A DNA stretch of 64,000 bases, from positions 4,607 to 68,606 of the forward strand of contig DATBDY010000045.1 of NCBI GenBank assembly GCA_036269695.1. Reading direction: 5' to 3'. Of this stretch, positions 36,874 through 44,694 are shown in pieces (the stretch's first letter is position 1; the number at the start of each line of letters is the position of its first letter). A program made the position numbers and the translations under genes. The DNA comes from Allosphingosinicella sp. Lineage in GTDB: Bacteria; Pseudomonadota; Alphaproteobacteria; Sphingomonadales; Sphingomonadaceae. The notes below the pieces were generated by a model. That model made no database searches and was not told the origin of the DNA. It saw only the letters and a list, made by a program, of their open reading frames with translations.

Positions 36874-37986
36874 ATGCTGCTCGATCCCCAATTCGCCCAT
36901 GCCGAGATTGAGGCTCAACCGCAATGCTCCGCCCTCGACGCAAGCGCTCCCGATGAATGGACGGAGCGAAGCGATTTCTGGTTAGAGGATACCGCGCGGC
37001 AGGCAAAACCGCGCCGCAAGCGGGAACGCAATCCCAACCCACTAATCCTTTGCGGACATGGGGTGTCGCTTCGGGTGGAGCACGGCGCATTGGTCATCCG
37101 GGACGGCTTCACTCATTACCCGCAAGAGCAGGCCCGGTTTCGGTTCTTCCCCCGTGATTTGGAGCTACCAACCCGCATCCTGTTGCTTGACGGGAGCGGC
37201 ACCCTCTCTTTCGACGTGCTTAGCTGGCTAGCAGAGCAAGGGGTGGCCCTCGCGAGGGTGAGCTGGACCGGCGAGGTCGCGACCGTGGCGAGTGGCACCG
37301 GCTATGCGCCGGATCGTGAAAAGCTCCGCTGGCAGCATGAAACCCGTGCCGACGAAACCAAGCGGCTCGCATTCGCCGCCGATATTATCCGGCAGAAATT
37401 GGCAATAACCATCGCAACGTTGGAACACTATGTGCCCGCCTCTGGCGCCCGCGAAGTAGCCATCGCTAAAGCGAGCGCCGGCATCGATCGGCTCGGCCGT
37501 GAACGGTTCAGCGACATGAACGGGGTGTTCGCCATTGAGGGCGAATGTGCGTCCGCCTATTTCGCCGCTTGGCATGGCCTTCCGCTATCATGGAAGGGCG
37601 TAGCGAGACGGCCGGTCCCCGACGATTGGCATCGCTACAGCGGGCGCAGCTCTCTGGCGACGGGAGTCAAGGCTGAGAACCGGAACGCCTCTCACCCGCT
37701 CAACGCGATGCTGAATTACGGCTATGCGGTGAAGCTCGCCGAAATGAAGATACAGGCGATTGCCGACGGCTATGATCCAAGCTTCGGGATCATGCACAAC
37801 GGCAAGCGCGGAAACCCGGCTTTCGTCCTCGACCTGATCGAGCCGGAGCGCCCCCGAGTAGATGCCGCCACTCTCGCGTTCGTCCAGAGCCGAACTTTCG
37901 CCGCTGCGGACTTCGTAGTCAGCCCGAACGGATCGTGTCGGCTGTCGCCGCAGCTAGCCCGAGCCGTTGCGGCGCTGGCCGCTTAG
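36874..37986 (+). CDS. cas1: Cas1-family integrase (casposase)
   Basis: N-terminal beta-domain pattern (LILCGHGVSLRVEHGALVIRDG ... ILLLDGSGTLSFDVLSWLAEQGVALARV). Catalytic pattern: E in FAIEGECASAYF, H in NASHPLNAMLNYGYA, D/E in DPSFGIMHNGKRGNPAFVLDLIEPERPRVD. Confidence 0.9.
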   Translation: MLLDPQFAHAEIEAQPQCSALDASAPDEWTERSDFWLEDTARQAKPRRKRERNPNPLILCGHGVSLRVEHGALVIRDGFTHYPQEQARFRFFPRDLELPTRILLLDGSGTLSFDVLSWLAEQGVALARVSWTGEVATVASGTGYAPDREKLRWQHETRADETKRLAFAADIIRQKLAITIATLEHYVPASGAREVAIAKASAGIDRLGRERFSDMNGVFAIEGECASAYFAAWHGLPLSWKGVARRPVPDDWHRYSGRSSLATGVKAENRNASHPLNAMLNYGYAVKLAEMKIQAIADGYDPSFGIMHNGKRGNPAFVLDLIEPERPRVDAATLAFVQSRTFAAADFVVSPNGSCRLSPQLARAVAALAA

Positions 37987-38000
37987 ACAAAGCGGACGGG

Positions 38001-38219
38001 CTAGAGCTGTGATTTGCGTTGCTCAAAGGCCGCCGTTTCTTTTGCCACAGCATCAATCAACTGCGCAGCGTTGCGCCGATAGCGAGCCATAGCGCTGGCG
38101 ACACCCGAGCCAATCGAGCGCGGGTTTTGATTGGCAAAGCTGTTCCGCCCCGGCCCCGTCCGCTTCGTGCCGCGCGGTTGCATCGCGAAGTCGCGCCGCC
38201 AGATCAGCGACCGCATCAT
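38001..38219 (-). CDS. possible small basic protein (72 aa); weak call
   Basis: Internal ATG-ATG of ORF 38001..38429 (MMRSLIWRRDFAMQPRGTKRTG...). No clear SD and no motif. It does not look like Cas2. Confidence 0.2.
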   Translation of the reverse strand: MMRSLIWRRDFAMQPRGTKRTGPGRNSFANQNPRSIGSGVASAMARYRRNAAQLIDAVAKETAAFEQRKSQL

Positions 38220-38491
38220 GGTTCGCTTTGGTGGGCACTGCGTGCGGCTTCGTCCTCTATGGAGCATGGGCGGCACTTCACCTCTGGACACATTAGCCCG
38301 GCTACCCTGCCGCTCGCTTCCTTCCGGCAGAGCCCGGCGCGGAGCTGAGTGGAAGGACACAGGGGCTCCGGTCCCCCCTACTAGGTTGGAGCTGCCTCGG
38401 CACCATTTCGCCGCAGACCCAATTTCCAATTTCTGCGAGCCGAATGCGCATGATACGACGGCCTGCCACTGCGACCGGAGGAGAGTCCATT

Positions 38492-39721
38492 ATGGATAAT
38501 TGGGCCGATGCAGCGCACAACTATACACCGCTTTCGCCAGCATCCGGTACCGAGGGGAATAACCCTCCTAGCTATGGCCAGCTACTCGAATGGCTTGCGC
38601 ACACCGACTCAAGGGCTCTAGCATTAGATTTTTGGGCGCGCGGCAACTACGTCAAGTATTTAGCCGCATCGAGGCAAATGCAAGACCCAGTTGTTATAGT
38701 GCCATTTGACTACATTGATGAGCTTCGCGTATATTTCCGAAGGATGGTGTTGATGGGCCTACCTGCCCATTATGTATATACTGGAGAATTGTCGCCGCAA
38801 GAAAAGGTATCTTTTACCGTCCCTGGAGAGGACGATTTTGTTTTTGACGGTGGCGCAGGCTTCCTTGTAATTATGTCCGAACCATTTAGAATCCGTGGAC
38901 GTAAATGGCTTTACGCCTTGGGTAAATCTAGAATAATGCCTGAGGTATTCGCGGAATGGTTGCTTGAAGAAGCGGCAGTCGAGTTTGCCTCTGGCCGCGC
39001 TTTCCTCTCGCCTGCTGAGCTAATCGGTATACCGAAGCCTCTGCTGGCGGAGGGCTTAGATGTAGCGGCAGAGGTTCAAGACTCCATTGTTATCTCCTCG
39101 AAACTCTCTGCTGCAGAATTTATCTTTAATCTGGAGCTGCCTTATATCGATGACATGCCGCATGATACATTTACTAAGATCATCGGCGATCACGATGACC
39201 GGCTTTTCCGGTTTCGCCGAGCAATAAGAAAACTTGTAGCCGGAGTTGTGCCCGGAGAGCTAGATGACACGTTAGAAGAATTAAAAGACGAGATTGCTCA
39301 GTTGCGCTTATCTGATTCCGGCCTACGATTCCGACAGACAATATCTCGCTTCGGCGGCTCTCTGACTACCGTGGCGGCAGCAGGATCAGCGTTTGGTGCA
39401 TCTCTCGGAAGGGGGCTGAATAGTCTCGATACGGCCGGTCCCGTAGTCGCTGGTGCGGCCACGGCTGGGGCCGTTACTGCTTTGGTGGATATCTGGAAGC
39501 AAACAGTTGAACGGCGAGCAAAGCGAAGGGAAAACAAGTTTTCTATCTTCTGGGACCTCGGAGTCAAAAGTCCCTCACAACTAAGGCGACGTAAGAGCCT
39601 ATCAAAATTCAAGGCTTTGAAAAGTAGCACACCGGTGTTGATAAAGGAGGCTCAGGATTGCCATTGGATGTGCGAATCTGCTCCTAACCTCCGTTTGGTA
39701 TTCCAAGCCCGCAGCTCCTGA
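38492..39721 (+). CDS. hypothetical protein, 409 aa, with a Gly/Ala-rich hydrophobic C-terminal region (casposon cargo)
   Basis: ATG 38492 preceded by GGAGGAGAG. It is the most AT-rich gene in the window by eye. C-terminal segment is FGGSLTTVAAAGSAFGASLGRG ... VVAGAATAGAVTALV. No domain recognised. Confidence 0.6.
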   Translation: MDNWADAAHNYTPLSPASGTEGNNPPSYGQLLEWLAHTDSRALALDFWARGNYVKYLAASRQMQDPVVIVPFDYIDELRVYFRRMVLMGLPAHYVYTGELSPQEKVSFTVPGEDDFVFDGGAGFLVIMSEPFRIRGRKWLYALGKSRIMPEVFAEWLLEEAAVEFASGRAFLSPAELIGIPKPLLAEGLDVAAEVQDSIVISSKLSAAEFIFNLELPYIDDMPHDTFTKIIGDHDDRLFRFRRAIRKLVAGVVPGELDDTLEELKDEIAQLRLSDSGLRFRQTISRFGGSLTTVAAAGSAFGASLGRGLNSLDTAGPVVAGAATAGAVTALVDIWKQTVERRAKRRENKFSIFWDLGVKSPSQLRRRKSLSKFKALKSSTPVLIKEAQDCHWMCESAPNLRLVFQARSS

Positions 39722-39756
39722 GGCCGATTGATAGGATGTACCCACCGGGGCGTAAA

Positions 39757-39797
39757 CTGTGGTCATCCACGTGCAATTCCCACCGGTTCCCTATACC
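39757..39797. repeat. casposon right terminal inverted repeat
   Basis: CTGTGGTCATCCACGTGCAATTCCCACCGGTTCCCTATACC, the reverse complement partner of 28295..28335. Confidence 0.75.
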
Positions 39798-39816
39798 CCC
39801 CGGATCAAGTCCGGGG
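39798..39816. repeat. target-site duplication, right copy (CCCCGGATCAAGTCCGGGG)
   Basis: Identical to 28276..28294. It is followed by CGAC, which completes the interrupted family B repeat. Confidence 0.75.
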
Positions 39817-39837
39817 CGACGGTTCGGTGAAAGAGCC

Positions 39838-41625
39838 CTACGTCCCCTCCGCCTTGCGGTCGGCGAGCGGATTGTCCGGTCCGAAGATGATGTCGCTCAT
39901 CGCGTGGATGTCGCCTGACGCGGTCTGGCTGTCGAGGCGCTCGCGGTCGCGCTCGCGATAGATCCGTTCCACCCGGTCCACCTCCTCCGCATCGACGCAG
40001 AACAAGGCGAGGGCTTCGCGGCCCATCGTTACCGCCGATTCGAAGACCTCCCGGATCGTGGATTTGAGGTCGAGCGGCGCCAGCTCCATCAAATGGATGC
40101 GATCGTAGGCGCGCACGAACACCGCCGCCTGCGGGAAAGCGGCGAGGACCGGCTCCAGCCGATGCCGCGGGATCGCTGTATCGGTGCAGAAGAGCAGAGC
40201 CTTGACCTCGGCCGCGCCGGCGAGGCGGAGCAGGTCGAGCCTGGTGCCGTCGCCATAATAGACCTTCTGGCCGAAGCTGCCGACCAGCTCGATCTGCGCC
40301 GGCTTGGAATCGATGAGGGTGAGCGTGATCCCCTTCGCCATCAGCATCTGCGCGACGGTCTGGCCGAAGCGGCCGTAGCCGATGACGATCGCGCTGGAGG
40401 GCGGCGAGTCTTCCGGCCCCTCCAGGCCCGCCCCATCCCTCCGGCTGGCGCGGCGGTCGATCCAGTCGTTGACCATCATCAGGAAGGGCGTCGTCGCCAT
40501 CGACAAAGTAACGATGGCGCTGAACAGGCTCGCCGCCGCCGGCGCGACCAGCAAAGCGTTTTGCGCCGCGGCGAACAGGACGAAGGCGAATTCGCCGCCC
40601 TGGCTCAGCAGCAGACCGAGCTTCAGCGCGCGGCGCGTCTCCATCCGCATCGCCTTGCCGATGCCGAACAGGACCAGGGCCTTCACGGCCACCAATGCCA
40701 GCGCCATGCCGATGACGAAGAGCGGCCGGGCCCAGATGGCGTGGAGGTCGAGCATCATGCCGATGCCGACGAAGAACAGGCCGAGCAGGGTCGAGCGGAA
40801 CGGATCGATGTCCGCCTCCAGCTCGTGCCGGTAAGGGGAATCGGCGAGCATCACCCCGGCCACGAAGGCGCCGAGAGCGGCGGAGAGGTGGAGCGCCTCC
40901 ATCAAGGATGCGGCGGCGAACACGATGAACAGGCCGGCGACGACGAACAATTCGCGCTCGCTGATCCGGCCAACGAGGCGGAAGAGCGGGTTGATGAGGA
41001 AGCGACCGACGAGGACCAGGCCGACGATGGCGCCGACGGTGTAGAGAGCGAGCAGCCAGCCGGGCGGTACGCTGGGGTCGGCGGGTGCGCGGGACAAAGC
41101 GGCGATGATCGTGATCAGCGGGACGATCGACAGATCCTGGAAGAGCAGGATCGAGAAGGCGCGCTCGCCGGATGGGGTGTTGATCGAGCCGTCGGCGCGC
41201 AGGCTCGGCAGCACCTGCGCGGTCGACGACAGAGCGAGCGGCAGGCCGAGGGCGAGCGAGGCGGCGAGGCTGAAGCCGGTGACGACGAAGATCACGCCGG
41301 TGATGGCGAGGCCGGCGAGCGTCACCTGGAGCAGGCCGACGCCCAATATGTCGCCGCGCAGCCGCAGCAGCCGCGCCGGCTGCAGCTCCAGCCCGACCAG
41401 GAACAGGAGCAGGACGATGCCGAAGTCGGCGACGTGGACCATCTCGGCGGCGCCGGTAATGAGGCCGAGACCCTGCGGCCCGATCAGGGCGCCGGCGAGG
41501 AGGTAGCCGAGCACGGCGCCGAGGCCGAGCCGGCGAAAGACCATGACAAAGGCCATGGCCGCGCCGAGGATGATCGCCCCGTCGCGCAGGAAGAAGGCCG
41601 TCGCCTGCGCGGCGGCCGTGCCCAT
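39838..41625 (-). CDS. kefB: CPA2 family monovalent cation:proton antiporter / glutathione-regulated K+ efflux protein
   Basis: Multi-TM Na/H exchanger domain plus a C-terminal TrkA-N Rossmann (AIVIGYGRFGQTVAQML). Confidence 0.85.
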   Translation of the reverse strand: MGTAAAQATAFFLRDGAIILGAAMAFVMVFRRLGLGAVLGYLLAGALIGPQGLGLITGAAEMVHVADFGIVLLLFLVGLELQPARLLRLRGDILGVGLLQVTLAGLAITGVIFVVTGFSLAASLALGLPLALSSTAQVLPSLRADGSINTPSGERAFSILLFQDLSIVPLITIIAALSRAPADPSVPPGWLLALYTVGAIVGLVLVGRFLINPLFRLVGRISERELFVVAGLFIVFAAASLMEALHLSAALGAFVAGVMLADSPYRHELEADIDPFRSTLLGLFFVGIGMMLDLHAIWARPLFVIGMALALVAVKALVLFGIGKAMRMETRRALKLGLLLSQGGEFAFVLFAAAQNALLVAPAAASLFSAIVTLSMATTPFLMMVNDWIDRRASRRDGAGLEGPEDSPPSSAIVIGYGRFGQTVAQMLMAKGITLTLIDSKPAQIELVGSFGQKVYYGDGTRLDLLRLAGAAEVKALLFCTDTAIPRHRLEPVLAAFPQAAVFVRAYDRIHLMELAPLDLKSTIREVFESAVTMGREALALFCVDAEEVDRVERIYRERDRERLDSQTASGDIHAMSDIIFGPDNPLADRKAEGT

Positions 41626-42053
41626 CAGCCCCCTCGCGCCCGCGACGCGGCTTCGGCGGCGGCGTCGAAAGAGAGCAGGATTGAAGCATGGCGGGCGGAG
41701 AAGCGGCGGGCCTCGGCGAACACGTCGAGCCCCGGCCAGGCGCCCGGATCGGCGCGGGTTCCGGCGAGATAGGCGGCAAGCGCGTTGCGCGCCTCGGCGA
41801 GATCGGCACCGGTCCGGCCAAGCGCGTGCGCCCCCATCAGCGCGGCGGATGCCTGGCCGAGCGCGCAGGCCTTCACCTCCTGGCCGAGGGCGACGATCCG
41901 CCCCTCCCCGTCCACCGCGACGTCCACCACCACCCGGCTGCCGCAGACGGGCGAGCTCTTTTCCACGCTCGCCTGCGGATGATCGAGCCGGCCATGGTGC
42001 GGGATTGACGCGGCGAGGCGGAGAATGTCGCGGCTGTAGAGGGTGGTCGCCAT
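41625..42053 (-). CDS. NifU/IscU-like iron-sulfur cluster assembly scaffold protein
   Basis: Start at MATTLYS. Conserved Cys context: SPVCGSRV, KACALGQAS. Confidence 0.7.
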   Translation of the reverse strand: MATTLYSRDILRLAASIPHHGRLDHPQASVEKSSPVCGSRVVVDVAVDGEGRIVALGQEVKACALGQASAALMGAHALGRTGADLAEARNALAAYLAGTRADPGAWPGLDVFAEARRFSARHASILLSFDAAAEAASRARGG

Positions 42054-42119
42054 GAGATGGCTATAAGGGGGGAAGGCAGCGAGTGCCACCTAGCTCCTCC
42101 CCGGAACGGGGAGGAATAC

Positions 42120-42677
42120 CTAGGCCCCCTTGCGCACCGGCGCGTTGGACGGACGCTGGGAGGGGTCCTCCACCGGCGTCGGGTCGCCGCGGCGCCAGGC
42201 CACGAAGTGCAGCACGCCGCGGCCGCTGGCATAGAGCAGGGGATAGGTCCGGGAATTGGCCATCCAGTCCGGCCGGGGCGCGACGCGGCCGTAGATCGTA
42301 TCGTAAACGAGATTGGTGGCGAGATAGAGCAGGGTCGCGATGATGAGCCCCTTCAGGGCTCCGAAGCCGGCGCCGAGCACGCGATCCACGGGGCCGATCA
42401 CCGACCGCCGGATGCCGCCGCCGACCCGGCGCGCGACGAGCTTGCCGGCAAGGAAGACGAGGCCGAAGACGAGCACGAAGGCGAGCACGGCCGCGCCGGC
42501 ATGCGTGCCGACGACGCCGGTCAGCGCGTTGGTCGCCGGCGTGAAGAGCAGGCGCAGGAAGACGATGGCGACGATCCAGGCGGCGAGGCTCAGCACTTCG
42601 CCGACGAATCCCTTCAGCCAGCCCAAGACGAGGCCGCCGCCGACGAGAAGCAGAACGATGATGTCGAGCGCGGTCAT
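42120..42677 (-). CDS. cvpA: CvpA family membrane protein
   Basis: 185 aa with the MTALDIIVLLLVGGGLVLGWLKGFV start and 4 TM segments typical of CvpA. Confidence 0.8.
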   Translation of the reverse strand: MTALDIIVLLLVGGGLVLGWLKGFVGEVLSLAAWIVAIVFLRLLFTPATNALTGVVGTHAGAAVLAFVLVFGLVFLAGKLVARRVGGGIRRSVIGPVDRVLGAGFGALKGLIIATLLYLATNLVYDTIYGRVAPRPDWMANSRTYPLLYASGRGVLHFVAWRRGDPTPVEDPSQRPSNAPVRKGA

Positions 42678-42770
42678 TGTCCTGTGGCTAGATGATCCCG
42701 GCGAAAAAAAGAAGGCGCCGCAAATACGGGATTATTTCGTTTCCGGTCCAGTTGCGGCGTTCGGTCCCGT

Positions 42771-42840
42771 TGTTCCCCGGCGAAGGCCGGGCCCAGCGGC
42801 ACAGGCAGAGGAGCTGGACCCCGGCCTTCGCCGGGGAGCA
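42771..42840. repeat. dispersed palindromic repeat, family A
   Basis: TGTTCCCCGGCGAAGGCCGGGCCCAG ... CTGGACCCCGGCCTTCGCCGGGGAGCA. Confidence 0.7.
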
Positions 42841-42851
42841 ATCTGTTCGCC

Positions 42852-44222
42852 TCACCGCCCCAGTAGATGGTCGACCAGCTCGCCCAGGGTGCGGAAGCTG
42901 GACAAAGCGAGGCCGCCTTTCTCACCCTTCAGCGAGGCCGGCACCAGCGCGCGAGCGAAGCCGAGCTTGCCGGATTCCTTGAGGCGAAGGGCGCCGTGCG
43001 AAACGGGACGGAGCTCGCCCGAAAGCGAGACTTCGCCGAAGGCGACGGCGTCGGCGGGGACGGGGCGCTCCGACAGCGCCGAGACCAAAGCCGCGGCGAC
43101 GGCGAGGTCGGCGGCGGGGTCGGAAACGCGATAGCCGCCGGCGATGTTGAGATAGACTTCCGAGGTCGAGAAGCTGAGGCCGCAGCGCGCCTCCAGAACG
43201 GCGAGGATCATCGCCAGCCGCCCCGAATCCCAGCCGACCACCGCCCGCCGCGGCGTCGCGCCGCTGGCGAGGCGCACGGTCAGCGCCTGGATTTCGACCA
43301 GCACCGGCCGCGTCCCTTCCAGCGCCGGGAAGACGACCGAGCCGGACACCGCCTCGTCGCGATGGGTGAGGAAGAGGGCACTCGGATTGCCCACCTCCTC
43401 CAAGCCCCCCTCGGCCATGGCGAAGACGCCGATCTCGTCGGTGCCGCCGAAGCGGTTCTTGGCGGCGCGCAGGATGCGGTATTGATGGCTGCGCTCGCCT
43501 TCGAAGCTCAGCACCGTGTCGACCATATGCTCAAGCACGCGCGGCCCGGCGATCGAGCCGTCCTTGGTGACGTGGCCGACGAGGACGAGCGCGGCGCCGC
43601 TTTCCTTGGCGTAGCGGATCAGCTCGCCGGCCGAGGCGCGGACCTGGCTCACCGTCCCCGGCGCGCCTTCGATCAGATCCGAATGCATGGTCTGAATCGA
43701 ATCGATCACCAGCAAAGCGGGCGGCGCGCCTTCACCGAGGGTGGTCAGGATGTCGCGGACCGAGGTGGCCGCGGCGAGCCCCACCGGTGCCCCGCCGAGG
43801 CCCAGCCGGCGGGCGCGCAAGCGCACCTGGTCGGTCGCCTCCTCGCCGGAAATATAGGCGACCGCCCGCCCGGCCGCCGCGATCCGCGCCGCCGCCTGGA
43901 GCAGCAAAGTCGACTTGCCGATGCCGGGATCGCCGCCGATCAGGGTCGCGGAGCCGGCGACGAGCCCGCCGCCGACCGCCCGGTCGAACTCCTTGAGGCC
44001 GGTGCTCATCCGCTCGGGCAGCGTCACGTCACGGTCGAGCCCGACCAGCTCGATGGCCTTGCCGCCGCCGCGCAGATTGTGGCGCGCCGAGAACGGCGTC
44101 ACCACCGCGCCGGCATCCTCGACGAGCGTGTTCCACTCCTCGCAATCGGGGCACTGGCCTTGCCAGCGGCTCGAAACCGAGCCGCAGGCCTGGCAGACGT
44201 AACGGGACCTTGGCTTTGCCAT
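42852..44222 (-). CDS. radA: DNA repair protein RadA
   Basis: Zinc ribbon CQACG...CPDC, Walker A GGDPGIGKST, the KNRFG motif and a Lon-protease-like C-terminal domain. Confidence 0.95.
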   Translation of the reverse strand: MAKPRSRYVCQACGSVSSRWQGQCPDCEEWNTLVEDAGAVVTPFSARHNLRGGGKAIELVGLDRDVTLPERMSTGLKEFDRAVGGGLVAGSATLIGGDPGIGKSTLLLQAAARIAAAGRAVAYISGEEATDQVRLRARRLGLGGAPVGLAAATSVRDILTTLGEGAPPALLVIDSIQTMHSDLIEGAPGTVSQVRASAGELIRYAKESGAALVLVGHVTKDGSIAGPRVLEHMVDTVLSFEGERSHQYRILRAAKNRFGGTDEIGVFAMAEGGLEEVGNPSALFLTHRDEAVSGSVVFPALEGTRPVLVEIQALTVRLASGATPRRAVVGWDSGRLAMILAVLEARCGLSFSTSEVYLNIAGGYRVSDPAADLAVAAALVSALSERPVPADAVAFGEVSLSGELRPVSHGALRLKESGKLGFARALVPASLKGEKGGLALSSFRTLGELVDHLLGR

Positions 44223-44333
44223 GAGCGGACGCTACCCGGCGATGGCCGCGCCAGCCAAGCGGCAATTTCAGGGCCCAAACGGAACAGCAGCCCTCGCTTC
44301 GCATTCACAAGAAGGGCAGTGACGGAGAGTAGA

Positions 44334-44657
44334 GTGTTCATCCAGATTCGCGCCGACAACCAGATTCCCAGCGACAATGACCGCGACAGCCGCCTCGAAG
44401 AGCAGATCCGCCAGCGCCTCGCCCGCTTCGAGGACCGGATCACCGACGTCGAGGTGCATGTCTCGGACGTCAACGGCTCGAAGGGCGGCAATGGCGATTT
44501 GCGCTGCAGCCTGGAGGCGCGGGTGAACGGCATCCAGCCGATCGCCGTCGTCGAGCAGGGCACCGACGTCGACCGGGCGGTGATCGGCGCGGCGAAGAAG
44601 GCGGTGCGGGCGCTCGACCACCAGCTCGGCAAGCTCGCCGACCGGCGGGGCCACTGA
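44334..44657 (+). CDS. HPF/RaiA family ribosome-associated protein (short form)
   Basis: GTG 44334 preceded by GGAGAG. Pattern RFEDRITDVEVHVSDVNGSKGG.DLRCSLEARV...PIAV is typical of this ~107-aa family. Confidence 0.65.
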   Translation: MFIQIRADNQIPSDNDRDSRLEEQIRQRLARFEDRITDVEVHVSDVNGSKGGNGDLRCSLEARVNGIQPIAVVEQGTDVDRAVIGAAKKAVRALDHQLGKLADRRGH

Positions 44658-44694
44658 CGATCGCCCGGCGCGCCGCGGCCGCGGACTTGGCGCG

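Larger units (their letters stand above)
28295..39797. mobile_element. casposon (Cas1-integrase / family-B polymerase self-synthesizing transposon), about 11.5 kb
   Basis: Cas1-like and PolB-like ORFs plus HNH and HTH genes. It has imperfect TIRs at both ends and a flanking direct duplication. Joining the flanks restores a palindromic repeat. Composition is AT-richer than the flanks. Confidence 0.85.

Noticed and set aside
38001-38429. Minus-strand ORF next to cas1 as a candidate Cas2.
   Set aside because: The translation is Arg/Gly/Ser-rich with no ferredoxin-like pattern. It has no SD, and only the last ~70 codons look remotely protein-like. It is kept only as a very low-confidence small ORF.
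28295-39816. Possibility of a CRISPR-Cas locus because a cas1 gene is present.
   Set aside because: I looked on both strands for regularly spaced 25-40-nt direct repeats around cas1 and across the window and found none. The 19-mer flanking the element occurs only twice, 11.5 kb apart. No cas2 or effector genes are recognisable. The polymerase/TIR context fits a casposon instead.
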